Assembly: GCA_032718475.1 (NCBI GenBank)
Contig: JAUCBJ010000461.1
Location: 1 to 39,522 of the forward strand
Length of the DNA stretch: 39,522 bases
From: Nemertoderma westbladi
Taxonomy: Eukaryota; Animalia; Xenacoelomorpha
Reading direction: 5' to 3'
A program made the translations under genes and the position numbers. Shown here one piece after another: positions 1 through 13,102 of the stretch. How positions within the stretch are numbered: position 1 is the stretch's first letter; each line of letters starts with the position of its first letter. Below the pieces are notes generated by a model that saw nothing but the letters and a program-made list of their open reading frames with translations, did no database searches and was not told the DNA's origin.

Positions 1-249
1 CACTCTCACAGCGGCTTTTACACCTTATTTTGTTTATTGATAGTAACGAGAGTTATCATTCGAGGTTAAGACTCCTAGATCCCTTCTTATTTTGTTTATA
101 AGAGTACCGGTAGGTCAAATCTCATGTTCCTTAATATATCTGGACATTAGATTATTTCAAGCTAAAATTTCATAAATTGTTCTCAAAAGACAGATATATT
201 GTTTCTCAAATTCAAATTATATTTCGAATCTAATTTTTTCCTTCTTAGT

Positions 250-251
<2 letters not shown>

Positions 252-283
<32 letters not shown>
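252..283. repeat. Poly-C homopolymer (~32 nt), presumably intronic
   Basis: Seen directly. Poly-G runs also occur at 26990-27011 and 28008-28024. Confidence 0.9.
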
Positions 284-1418
284 ACCTTACAGATTTATCT
301 AATGAATTCATCTTGATAAATACGCAATCGTAAGTAATCACCCTTGATGACATGATCGTGATTGTTCAAAATCCCGAAAAAAAGAAAATAAAAACGGGAA
401 AATATCATCAAACAAGAAAACGATCCAACGACGCAATGAGGAACTATTATAGGATTAGAGTAAACCAGTCGTGGTGAACAGCTTTAGGGCAGGCAGTGGG
501 GCGATAAATAGACTGAAACACAGTAATCCTATTACGAGCGACATAAATGACTTACACTTGAGCCACGGTTCTGCATTGAGTGGTGGTGAACCCCCTGCCT
601 GATGTGTGCTACTCCAGAACCCATCTGAGCTGCTAGTGATAAGCTTCAGTAGATTTAGGTTGAGAGGCTCGATTAAACGGTACACCGCGAACGCAGAATG
701 CGTTCGCTCACTTAATACCTCATCGCATCGCTTTAAATGGGATTTGGCCAGCTGGGACCCGCCCACCCCCCTCCATCCTCTCCCACCCTAGCCATAATAT
801 AATATGCACAATGGAATGCGGTCACAACTTACTGCAGCTGCGTCGACGTAGACGGAACGTAAACATTCTCTGACTTCGGGTCGGTTCGGATTGCGAATGC
901 AAAACATGAAAATATGGAAGGCGAAATAGAAATTGGACCCATTAAATATCACACTATTTCAGTAAGGCCCAACCCCAGTATGGTACATTTGGAATGAAAA
1001 ACAGTTAGCAAGGTTCACAAAAAAAAGCCACACAAGAAATTCCTTAAAAAACAGCTAGTCTGAAATCTGACAAACTATGGCTAGTTCAGGTCTCTAGCTT
1101 AGTGTGGGAATAGCTACACATATTAGGGTCTATGAAAAGCTAAATTAGTTTGAATAACATATGCCATGGTGGAATGGTAGTACAAAAACCAAACATACAT
1201 TAAAAAAATTAAATAGAATAAATTTGCCTTGAGCAGGTGCAAAACCATGCAACTTTTGAACGTTCATAACGTCAATTGTCATAAATTCTTTAACAATTTG
1301 TCCTATATTTTTGACCACCACTGCACCCTTATAACGCATAATAACTAACCAAAACCACCTAACGTGCGTTATATAATATGTGAAGGAGCCCATATTTAGC
1401 ATAGCAGGGTTTACTAAC

Positions 1419-1576
1419 CTGTATATTTTTTTAAATTCTTCAACTGATAAATGCCCGGTGGGACAGTCTTTTAAGAAACCTTTATACCATTCTTGTAATT
1501 CGTGTTCGTTAAATTCTGTGTGTTCTTTAAGGTCAGCCAGTACCTCCGGTTTCAGTTTACTATTTTGTTTCCCCAT
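1419..1576 (-). CDS. First coding exon of a neurocalcin/hippocalcin-like neuronal calcium sensor (NCS family); the remaining exons are not recognised in this window
   Basis: Translates as [52 protein letters not shown], with the N-myristoylation start MGKQNS and the non-functional EF1 loop DCPxG typical of neurocalcin/HPCA/HPCAL1. Similarity stops at an AG|GTTAGT donor (exon end 1419, phase 2). Confidence 0.93.
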
Positions 1577-2167
1577 CGCGGAAACAATTAACCAATGGTT
1601 GTTATTGCTTTATTGAATCACCAACTTTCGATAAGAAGCAGACTTTATAACGACACTTCGTATGTAGTTGTTGCTATTATATACGCATTTATAAATGTAT
1701 TCTCCAATATAATAATATATCAAAATTCAAATATAAACAAACAATTAACATGAATTAAGATATATAATAAGTATACACTTTTTGATATAAATATTTTGAG
1801 CCGAATATATACTGATCAAAATTCTTCGTATTATTCTAAGAATACAAATTATAATATTAAATATCTAAATAAAGTAATCGTCTACAAATAAAATAATATT
1901 TCAAAAAGTTAAGAGTTTGTGTCGTCCGTTGTCAATGTCCATATTATATAAGTACAATAACACAGTAATCGCATCCTGTTTGTCTACATAATGCGTTACT
2001 TTCAGTATCAGGTCTTTATATTTCACCCCAAATAATTTGTTTTTATATCCCCAAGGATATTTAGAGATTCCAACAGTTCCTCGGTACGGTACGGTACCGG
2101 TACAACACCAAAAGGACCTGCCGAAAGACCCGCCATGGGATATAAAGACCTTTTAAAAGGCATTTTT

Positions 2168-2320
2168 AGCTGGTAGCTCAGTTCTCATTGACTCACAAAC
2201 ACGGCTGATTCATAACCGGACATTTGAAACCTAGGTACCGGGTTCGAGCCCCAATAGGGTCGGTTGATATTTTCCGTTATGAGGAGCAATATTATAGTGT
2301 TCTATAAAACATGAAACTCG
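2168..2320 (+). mobile_element. Possible tRNA-derived SINE head (Pol III A/B boxes)
   Basis: A-box-like TAGCTCAGT at ~2174 and B-box GGTTCGAGCCC at 2241-2251. No clean cloverleaf; ends not defined. Confidence 0.4.
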
Positions 2321-3371
2321 TGCTTTCTGATTTGACAGTTTTGATTAATTGATCACATTCTCTAACTTGTTCAAATGCGATTTCCAAGTTATGAATCTTT
2401 AAATAAAAGGCAGAGAAATGTAACTACTAATTTATTATCACATCAAAATTATTTAAACTAATAAAACAAATGATATAAATTTATATATCAAGAGTACGGT
2501 ACCTTAATTGTATTCACAGTTACTTAGCAATAGGAGAAGATAGTCACATTTCGTGTGCTTGCATAGCCTATAACAATAGGTATCATAATTTCATGATACA
2601 ATGTTAACCGCCCATTAGACAGTAAGGGATAGGCGATTCAACATGAAATGGAGGGCTCCTCATCAACCACACCCAAATGCAAACACCACGGCGATTGTAA
2701 TAAATTCCTAACACTGTAACATACGTTGAAGTTCCTTGCACACGGCTACTGGTAACCACAGAAACCACGCCCGTACTTACGAACAGTCCGGTCCATCCAT
2801 CCACTGACCCATCCGTGAACCCATTAATATGCATTCACCACTGGCCACTTGGCCATCCATCCACCGGTCATGTAGCAAATTGTCCAGACCTCAGACACCC
2901 AAGCATTTACCAAATCAATCACCAACTTAACGGACTGACTGATCCACCACCCACCCAGTGGTCCAGCCACACGCCTCTCAACCACGCAATGACCCCGCCC
3001 TCCTACTACAGGGAGTCAATGGCGCAAAATGACCGCAAATACAAAATAAATTTTAGCGGGTTTGAAAAATTAATTTTATTGAATTCAAAACATTAAGGGA
3101 GAGGAGCAAGTTACAGTGGCAGTGTTTTCTAACCAAAACAATAAACTATAAATTATTTCACTTGCGGTCAATTAGCGCTAAGATCACTCTTTAAAAGTCA
3201 GCTAAAATTCATCTGTTTGAGATTCTTAATTAGTTTACCGGTGTAATTTAATTATGAGAGGTGTGCGGTTAGATGCTGGCGCTCTGATGATAAGAACTTA
3301 ACAGATCCCTAAGAACACAAGCAACAACAAATATAAAAACCTTTTATTTTTATTACACATCAAAGGGTCTT

Positions 3372-3944
3372 GGGACGTTAGTGCCCGCGAGACATTAGTG
3401 CCCGCGGGCACTAATGTCTCAGTACCTTTAGTGCCCGCGGGCACTAATGTCTCAGTACCTTTAGTGCCCGCGGTCACTTAGTCGTATTATCGCGGGCCCG
3501 GGCACTAATGTCTCATAGGACGTTAGTGCCCGCAAGACGTTAGTGCCCGCCAGACATTAGTGCCCGCGAGACATAGTGCCCGCCTAGCGACTTAAATAGT
3601 ATATGTAATACAACAGGCCAGGAAGACATTTCCCGCTTCTTTAGTTCCTGCAATGCAAACGAGTCGTTAATTTCTTCAACTTCAAAGGTACAAAATTACA
3701 GTATTTAGTTCCCCCATCTCGTTATTTAACATTTTAATTTCAACTTGGATGTTTTATGATTAAAAAATTAATTAACCTCAGCTAGCTAGACATGGTAGCA
3801 TTTATATTATTTAAAGTCTTCAAGGAATGAGGATTAAGCAACAGTGTTTGATTGTTTATAAATAAACTACTTTTGATTGAGTATACTTATTTTGTTTAAC
3901 TTAGTGCCCGCGGGCATTAACGTCTCGCAGGCAATAATTTCCCC
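3372..3944. mobile_element. MITE-like element with ~43-bp imperfect TIRs built from a TTAGTGCCCGC motif
   Basis: Left end GGGACGTTAGTGCCCGCGAGACATTAGTGCCCGCGGGCACTAA matches the reverse complement of 3901-3944. About ten TAGTGCCCG copies in both orientations at 3378-3583. Confidence 0.65.
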
Positions 3945-4052
3945 CAATCACATCAAAGCCAGCCAATCATCCAAGCCATACACTTCACAGGCCCTTAAGC
4001 ATCCATCAACCAGCAGAGTATAATTTGCAGAAACTAAATTATTAAACATTTA

Positions 4053-4354
4053 GGCCCGCCGCACACTAGAGATGCAAGATGCACGAAGCAAATTTTTTTA
4101 GTATACATTATTTCCTATCAGACCACGCATATTGGAGATGCAAGATACAAAAAAAATACATCATCGATGTTCAATTTTTGCAACTCGAATTATAGAATAA
4201 TGGTAGACTATGGGCGGCCGTACACCAGACACTATAGAGATGCAAGATGCATGATAAATTCTTTGAAATATACATTAAAATAAATAAATAACATAAAAGC
4301 TATCAATATATAAAATAAAATGCGATGCATCTTGCCTCTCTAGTGTACGTCGGG
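4053..4354. mobile_element. Degenerate PIF/Harbinger-like MITE
   Basis: CCCGCCGCACACTAGAGATGCAAGATGC at the left versus the reverse complement CCCGACGTACACTAGAGAGGCAAGATGC at the right. Internal GAGATGCAAGAT repeats; starts with GGC after TTA. Confidence 0.5.
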
Positions 4355-6821
4355 AACGATTTTTGTATCTTGAATCTGGTATCATGCATCTCTAGGACGG
4401 AGTATGGTACAAGAAGGAGCTACGTACCGGTACATACACAGACAGACCATGCCGCATTGCATCAAAGGGTGATCTATTTATAAGTAATTAATTTATATAT
4501 TGAAAATCATTAGATTATATATATGAATTAATTTAAAACGGCTGTCTCATAAAATAATCCTCTTACTGCCAACTTAACCACATGCCAACTTTTAAAATAT
4601 AAACGGAACAGCGGTGAATTTATTGAACTGCAACTAACCAGGCAGTAACCCATGCGGTAATTTACCATAAACGATTAGTGATTTCCAGGAAGCTGGCATA
4701 GAAGCTCTGAATTTCGTAATAAGTGAATAGGGACCATTCGTCGAATGATAAACCAAATACTACAGGAAATTGACAATGAATGAAATATGCCTAATCAGCT
4801 CCCTGCTACGAACTTCGTTATGGGTTAGTTTCCGAATTGTTACAATATATACTAACCTTACAGTCAATTTAATTTACAACAATATAAACCGTCCCAGCTA
4901 CAAGGGTAATTCAATTTTTTGTGAACACCATTGAAGCATTGCACAATATGGTAAAGCAGAATACTCGCAGGTGGATTAGGAATGAAGTAACATTGATTGG
5001 TTGTCCTGAAAATGACTGTCATGTCAGATCCATCAATATTCAACGCTTGTCAGAGACAACTAGGTGCCCGTAAAATCTAGATAACTGAACTGGGAGTTTG
5101 AGCTGATGGAGACGTGTGCGTATGGAAGGGCATGCGGACCTTCATTCTCAACTACCAGAGTCGTGCAGGTATGTTCAAAAATAAAGTTACTCCATATTTC
5201 AACATCTTAGGTTTTGTATGAGGTGCAAATAGTAGTAGGAACATGGGGGATGCGGGAAAGGTAATAAACTCAAATATTAACAAAAATTACAACTGTAAAT
5301 AAAAATAAATCGTAACCTGTAGGCCAACATTTTAAATTAATTGATATATAATTAGAATTACCGGTTAATATAGAAGCAAATAATGTCACGACACAAGTAA
5401 GTTAATAATACAAATATATAAATTAAATACCAGCAGTTACGTACAACAAGGTTTTAGTTACGGAGCGATACTTAGGCAACTAAATACGGCTAATACCAAT
5501 ACTTCATAATCATTAACTTATTATATATTAGGCTTATCGACTGTTCCGACCAGGCCAGCTTATCCAAAGAAAAGCACTTAAAAGCATATCCAACTAATAT
5601 CAACTAGTATAGCTTCAGCAACCCAGCCGGAAATGTAACACATGCTGGAAAAAACGTCAAAGTTGTTGGCAGCATGTGTTCATGGCAGTATGGCATAATC
5701 GCAATCGCCAACAATAAACAAACATGCACTGAATACTGATAAACAATGCAATTTTATCCTCCAGCTATGCTTATGATTGAAAATGCCCATAACTCCGCCC
5801 TTTAACATTTAATGCTCAGATGGTGTATAGACAATTGATATATATCCTATAAACAAAAATAAATCATGTAAATATGTTTTCGCCTCCACCTAAATAATGT
5901 CAGCACTCAGCTTGAATGACAAAGAAGATTCTGGGTAAAAAGTAATTGGTGAGTGAAACACCCTGTCAAAAGCAAAGGATTGGTAATGTGCTTTTCAGCA
6001 ACTAATACGTTACTGTCACTCAAAAACAAGCCTTAGCTATTCTTATCTTAGAGCAGAAAATAATAGATTGGATGAAAGGTTGAGTGTATATAGCGGTAAT
6101 AATAAACCATAACCAAAGCAGAAGCAGCCTTACAAAGAAGAGAAAGGCCAAATTACCAGGTGAAATTCATTCAGTTTACAAGACACTAACGCTAAACTAA
6201 ATTCCTCGTCAATTTAGGGAAGCTTGTTGGATATATTACCCTATTACTGATTGGTGGAAAGGTTCGCTCCACCTTTGCTATACATGCTACACAATATTGC
6301 TAGTGCTGATGTGGACATTCAATTAATATATCGGAGGAACAATGCATACGAAAATCCATTAAGTGCACTTTTGTGCTCTCATAAGGCCCATAAGGGTATC
6401 CAACACGAGATGAGAAGTGAAATATGTACGTATATCCGTAGTAATTTAAACAATTAATTGCATCAGTCGGTATTCGATTAATGTAACTCGATGAGACAAA
6501 AAGTGATGCATATAAAACATAGAAAAACTATAAACATAGTACCATATTATAGATAGAGAAAAACTATAAACATAGTACAATATTATTGATAGACTATGAG
6601 AGACTATGAGAACGGTAAATTGAATTGTAAATATAAGGATATTGGGACCCACCTATATCAATATCACGAACAATGACCAAAAACCATACATTCCCCCTAC
6701 TTGTTTTCATTCATGGACCAGGACGGTCCGTAACTAGCAATACAAAAGGTCAGGGTCATGAAGCTAATTAGGAGTTAGAAATGGAGGAGTTGTGACTTCC
6801 TGAGAATCTTCCATCAGAAAG

Positions 6822-6878
6822 TAGCTAGATATATAAAGGGTAGTTCTGAATCAGAACTACCCTTTATATATCTAGCTA
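6822..6878. repeat. Perfect palindrome, 28-bp arms with a 1-nt spacer
   Basis: TAGCTAGATATATAAAGGGTAGTTCTGA-A-TCAGAACTACCCTTTATATATCTAGCTA. Confidence 0.95.
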
Positions 6879-8907
6879 GTTAATTCCTTCACTTAGTATC
6901 TCGGAATACAGTCATGAAGCAATCGCATGTTAGTTTACCCTCGCCAGCATCGAGTGAGATATACCGCCAATGAACTTTTACGACATTTATTAAGCTTCAC
7001 TGGTACCGGTACTAATTCCAGTAAGATGTTAAAAATTATGGTTCTCAAAGCATAATTAGTAATGCAAATGGCTGAAGAGGGAAAACAAATTCATAACAAA
7101 TTAATCATTACCGGTAACTAATCCGAAACCATCAATCATTTATTTCATTTACATTATTATCACACTCTATTGCAATTAAAATGGGAAAACATCACCAAGA
7201 ATTATTAAATTACACTAATAGGTTGACATAAACAGAAGAAAACAAACACAAGATTTCAGTGTTGTCCGGTCGGACTATTTAGACTACCTAACAAATGGCA
7301 TATGTAGTTTCAAACATAGGCCCTACTCAAGTGAGTGTACAGTGACTGTATGGTTTGCAAGATACAATAAAGGCGCACACACAATGAAATCTCTGTTAAT
7401 TCGCCCTATTTAGTTACCAATTTAGGCCTTGTGCGAACTTAGTTCCTGCAAAGTGTAAACTTTAGTAAAGTATTAAAATGGGCCAAAATTAGCAAAAAAA
7501 AGTAGTATAAAGAACGAAATCGGATAACTTCGCACCCTAGCGGCCGATGGAGAACTGCAGACAGGTCAGCATCCTCCCCAAACACAAGGCCTATAATGTA
7601 GTAGAACTCTAGCAAAAAAGCATTATTAACAACGAAATGGAGTGATGGGAGAATATTTTTCTCTTTAAGATATTTCACCCCCTAGCGGCAGACTTGAGAA
7701 CTGTAGACTGTTCAGCATCCTCCCAAACACGAAGTCCATGGTCAGGTATTATTATTATTATTATTATTATTGACAGATGTACCAGTATACAATATTACAT
7801 ATTTAAAATTTACACAATCACATACAACTTACACAACACAATCTGTCCATTAAAGATTAAATGCTATGTAAATGTAACTCATGACTACTGTACGATAACG
7901 TATTTAATTAATATCCGGATCGGGCTGAACATGAATATAATACCGGTACACATTTGGCAAATCAATAATACAATATATAATGGTATATACATCAATAATG
8001 CACATATTGATTGATATAATCAATAATGGTACATATATATCTGCAAAGTGTCAGTTGGAAAAGATTGAGCAATTTGGTTGAAGTCTATCTACTCGGTGCC
8101 CAACGCCACCAAAGTTATTCCACTACAATCGATATCATAGGGAAGGTCGCGACATGACGTTTTGCCACTAGACACACTATGAGGACAATATATAGCTTGT
8201 TTAGGGACGGATTATGGATTTTCAGGCCCCAGGCAGCCCAAACTTTCGGGCCCACACCATTTGCAAAAATCTATTTCTTGGACCCCAGTGGTATAAAGTG
8301 CAGCAATATTAATATTGATCCTCAAAAGAGGGCCCTCATTGCATCAGGGACGCATTGTTCGACAGAGCCCTGTAAGCGGAAACAGCCAATGCCGCTAGTC
8401 GGTGGGTATGACTTGCCGACGAGAGACGCAGCGAGATACGCATTGTGTGTGTATCTTCTTCAGTCTTTTAATAAATATTAATCTTGATACGAAATTCCAT
8501 ATATCGCAGTATCTAAAAGCCGGCGCCGGCCCCAGGTCCATTATTGAAGATTTTGACTTATTCCTATCACTACACCATCCAAAAGACGTAATTTCTATAA
8601 GCCTAAATAATATTAATAATAATAATAACACAAATTTCTAAAAAATAATAACTATTTATTATAGGGAAATTAAGTGGTGCTTTGTTTTAACTCTTGTGCT
8701 TTAATGTTTTCTTTTAAACATTTGCCAGCGAGGTCTACTACTACTAAAGGCACTATAACCAGCTTGATACATTGCTGTGCACACAGAGATGTTATGCTGA
8801 TATTTTTTCATTATTCTCGAGGCATTATTCCCAAGCGCCAGCAAGGAGGTTAATAAAGGGTCGAGAGAATATTTAAAAAAGTTTTCTTCATTCACATATT
8901 CTTTTAA

Positions 8908-9348
8908 GGCCTGTTTCTGCTCTGTTTTTTTTTTGAGCTTCATTTCAAGCTTTTTCTAGTAAAACAATTTCTAGAAATTCATTGCTTCGAATGTTAAAAC
9001 CTAAAATATAGAATAAAGCTCCAAAAAAAGCTGATAATAAAGCTTGGAAAAAGCTTAAAAAAAAGCTTGGAAAAAGCTCAAAAAAAGCTTAAAAAACAGC
9101 TCAAAAAAGCTGGGTCGAATATCATAATTACCTAATTCTAGAACATTCATATTATATCAGTTACCCATATCTTAATTTTAATTGAACGTTAGAAAAGCCA
9201 TAACAAGCTTGAAAAAAAAAACTAAAAAAAAGCTTGAAAAAAATCTCAATAAAAAGCTTGAAAAACAAGCTCAAAAAAAGATAGAAAAACAGCTCAAAAT
9301 AAGTTCAGAATACCGCACACAAAAAAAAAAGCAGCGCAGAAACAGGCC
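8908..9348. mobile_element. Harbinger-like MITE with internal AAAAAGCT repeats
   Basis: TIR GGCCTGTTTCTGC at both ends, TAA-like flanks, and many AAAAGCT(C/T) units inside. Confidence 0.65.
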
Positions 9349-9876
9349 ATAATATAATATATACCGGTACCGGCAGTGATATTGTGTTAGAAAATAAATT
9401 TAACTGTAGTATTTTACTATATTTCTTCCATAGTTACTATGATTCATATTATTGAACTCCTGATGCTGCCTTTGATTCATATTATTGAACTCCTGATGCT
9501 GCCTTATAGTACAGGCTCCAGCATATGACCCCATAGGAATTTATGTGGGATATTTAAAAAAAATTGGTTAGACTTCACCAAACAGTCTGACAGTTGCGCT
9601 TGTTTTTTTACAGGGTCTTGAACATAGCAAGGGAGGAAATTGCCATAGCAACAGTTTTTAATATAGCGAGAAAAAATTATGGAAGAATACTAGGTATTTT
9701 AATATGAAGAATTTAATGGCATATTTAATTTTTTGAAAATAGCATAGCAACCAAGTGAAAAAGACCTTCAAAGTTAGCAAAAATTGACAATGCCCCAAAA
9801 AAACTGGCTCTAGGCAGGCGTAATGCATATGCAGTGGTCGTAGTGTGATGGGATCGGAGTCTACCACCAATATATA

Positions 9877-11754
9877 CAGGGTGTTCCACAAAATTTGACA
9901 CGTTTTTGTTTTTTAATAACTTTGCGCGATCTCAACCTAATTTCCTAGTTTTGGTGGCAATCGGAAGCCGAAAGATAAACTTAAACTTTGGTTTGGGTAT
10001 GGCTTGTTTTAGTTGCTATGGAAACTTAATGTTGCTATATAAAACAAGAGTTTGATTATCCACTTAATTTTACTATAAATATAAAGGTATAAAACTGCAC
10101 ATATTAGTGAAATAATGAAACATATAGGTAGTGGGCTAAAATAGTTTAATATTGGGTAAGTTCACAATGAGTTTACTACTTCTTTATACTAATTTAATTT
10201 AATTAATTATAATAATTTACTACTAATACACTTCATTCAATATGTCCTCCTCCAATATGCTGGACGTGATCCAGTCTTCTGCGCATCTCCTTGAAGCAAT
10301 TAGCGAAGTAATCCTGGGACAATGAACTAAAGGCATCCCGAATTGCCGTCTTCAGTTCCTCAACATTTTGAAGATTCTGGACGTACACTAGATTCTTCAC
10401 ATGCCCCCATAGACTAAAATCCAAGGGAGTCATGTCTGGTGATCGTGGCGGCCACTTTACAGGAGCATCTCGACCGATCCATCGTCCCTGAAAGTTTTCA
10501 TTGAGAAACTCTCTTACCAATAAGCCCCAGTGGGGTGGTGCACCGTCTTGTTGGAAGATTGCCGTGGAGAGATTTGATAACTGGGGAACAAAGTAGTCCT
10601 TTGGCAAGTCTAGGTAAGAGAGGCTGTTTACAGTAGAATGGTGGAAGAAATAGGGGCCAATTAGTTTGGTTTCGGACATCGCAGCCCACACTGTAACCTT
10701 TGGGGTAGGCCTATCCCTAAACTTTCTACAATTTTATGAGGATTCTCCTTTCACCAAATCCTACAATTCCATCTGTTTACTTGGCCGTTGATATGAAAAG
10801 TTGCCTCGTCGCTGACTCAGGCTCGTTACTCAGGTACTTATCATGGAGGTACTCTGCTATTTTAGAAGCGGCTTCAACTCGTGTTGAGTAATCTTAGGAT
10901 TGTAGTCCATGAACGACCTTGAGATTGTAAGCTCTAAAGTGAAGATTATTTGCAGTCCTATGCAAACATCCAAGACTAACATTTAGAGCCAATCAATGAT
11001 GCTCTACGTAATGAGGTTTCTGGGTGTGCGGTTAAATATTGGCCAATATTATTAACAACATTTTCACTAAGGGGCAGTCTACCGGAACCTTTCTTACGCA
11101 AAAGCGTTTTTTCGTTTCGAAATTTAATGACAATCCTAGATATGTCTTTCCTTGTAGGTCAGGTCGCCTTTCTCCAGGATATTTATGGGAATACTGTAGT
11201 GAAACAAGTTTTGCAGATTTCAGCTCAAAAAACTTACTTATGATGAAAACTTTCTGATCTCCAGAAAACATATTAGTTATTGACATCTAAATGTAACCAA
11301 AAAAGTTTATATGCTGTAATTATGTAGTGACTGTAGGCCTAACCATGAAGACATCAATAACAGTAGACAACCAATATGCAACACATGTACCAATATGTAA
11401 CAAATGCACAATTAAAACACACTTAAAGCTACAGATAGTGATGATGTTGTCTAGAATAAATAAATTTAGATTGTTACTATGACTTCACTAATACTTAATT
11501 TAGATCAATATTTAAAATTTGTCTTATATTCAACATCTCCCTCATAAATTATCTGAGAACATTTCATACTATTTTTCAGAATAAGTGTTAGTGTGAATAA
11601 TGTATGTTACCATAGCAACTAAAATATTCCATACCCAAACCAAAGTTTAAGTTTATCTTTTGGCTTCAAATTGCCACCAAAACTAGGAAATTAGGTTGAG
11701 ATCGCGCAAAGTTATTAAAAAACAAAAACGTGTCAAATTTTGTGGAACACCCTG
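9877..11754 (-). mobile_element. Full-length Tc1/mariner DD41D (rosa-type) DNA transposon, decayed
   Basis: ~149-bp TIRs beginning CAGGGTGTTCCACAAAATTTGACAC, with the outer ~85 bp identical. TA on both sides (9875-76, 11755-56). Internal transposase remnants. Confidence 0.93.
10233..11286 (-). pseudogene. DD41D transposase, frameshifted or interrupted
   Basis: SDEATFHINGQVN near 10812 and FQQDGAPPH...WPPRSPDMTPLD with 41 residues between the 2nd and 3rd Asp. Split over several short ORFs. Confidence 0.9.
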
Positions 11755-13102
11755 TATATCAAGTATAAGGAACAACATGCACTATTTTTCAGTTCCTAGT
11801 TGCCATGGTAACTTTGAATATAAATGGACTATATTAGCCGTCGAGTCATTAATTTAACCACCATCCCTATTATATTGAGTGAAATGAAAAAAATGCAATA
11901 TGTTTTACTATCTAGATGTCATGGCAACTCATCAGAACAGAGTTGACAAAAGTGTTTTTCATATCACTTAGCTGTTTTCACCATGCAATGACCGCATTTA
12001 GAAAGATAAGTGAGGTAGACAATATGTTACATATATTTAAGAGATATAATATAATCACATAACTTAAGGCTAAATGTGGTGACACTATGTGGTGACATCA
12101 CATCAACAATAATTCTGGTACGTGGAGCGAGTTTTATAAAAGTACGCCAAGCTTACCACTATCTCAACCTGGGTGTTTATCAGTCTGTCTGTCTGTCGCT
12201 CTAATCTTCGAAAGCTTATTTATCTGGAACTCTCCCATTTCTTAAACTAAAACTTATAGGGCGGATCTAGGCCCTATAAAAAAAGTTTAGAAACTTTACA
12301 TACAAACAGACTTCTACAGTTCGTCTGTCAGCCTCTAAAGGGTTACATATCTAAACATAAAATGTCGGCCCATTTCTTTTTTGCTTTTAATCCATTCAGG
12401 GTAAAATGTGGCAGATACTTACTAGACCGTCAACTGTGTCTTTCAAAAGAAGTTAGCAACTAGGAACTGAAAAATGGTGCATATAGTTACTTATCTGCTT
12501 ATAGCCTACTTGAGAAATTGGTGGTAGACTCTGGTCGTAACTAGGACTAGAGAGCCGCTTACCTACCTACATAAACCAATATTGGAGGCTGAGTTCCGTT
12601 TTGTAGAATCTATGCCTCACAAACACTAAAGTTGTAAAAAAATTGAGTATGTAATGGATTTTGCTCAAATTGCAAAATCCTAAATCCTTGCAAACCTTTT
12701 ACACTTCGATGCACTTTAACACATGTAATCATGTTTAAGAAATTCCACCAACAATAATTGTTTGCTGGCTATACTTATTTTTCTCCCTATTTTTGGGTAT
12801 ATTCGAGCAAATTATAGGCTAAAAGAATTTAAAAATAAAAATATTTATGCTGCCACCATGAAATCCACAAATAGCATGCATTTAGAATGCTATGCCTGCT
12901 TATCGACAAAATTGTGTCGCCACATCGACATCGCTCTACCCTCACCATGACTTTCGCGAGATTTATCCGCATTCCGCATCTTTAACTTAGATACCGGTAG
13001 ATAGATTTATTTATACATTATGTAAGAACAATAACAAATACACCAAACAATGTACCGGTATAAAGGTATTGTCCAACATAACATATAGGATTACCCCTAA
13101 AG

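Noticed and set aside
1145-1418. C-terminal part of the 143-aa ORF
   Set aside because: Read-through into the intron past the GTTAGT donor; NCS similarity ends at KKIY.
2168-2260. tRNA gene
   Set aside because: A/B boxes are present but there is no convincing acceptor, D or anticodon stem; kept only as a possible SINE.
5081-5174. Possible plus-strand exon ending CAG|GTATGT
   Set aside because: All frames from the nearest AG acceptor contain stops and no homology is recognised.
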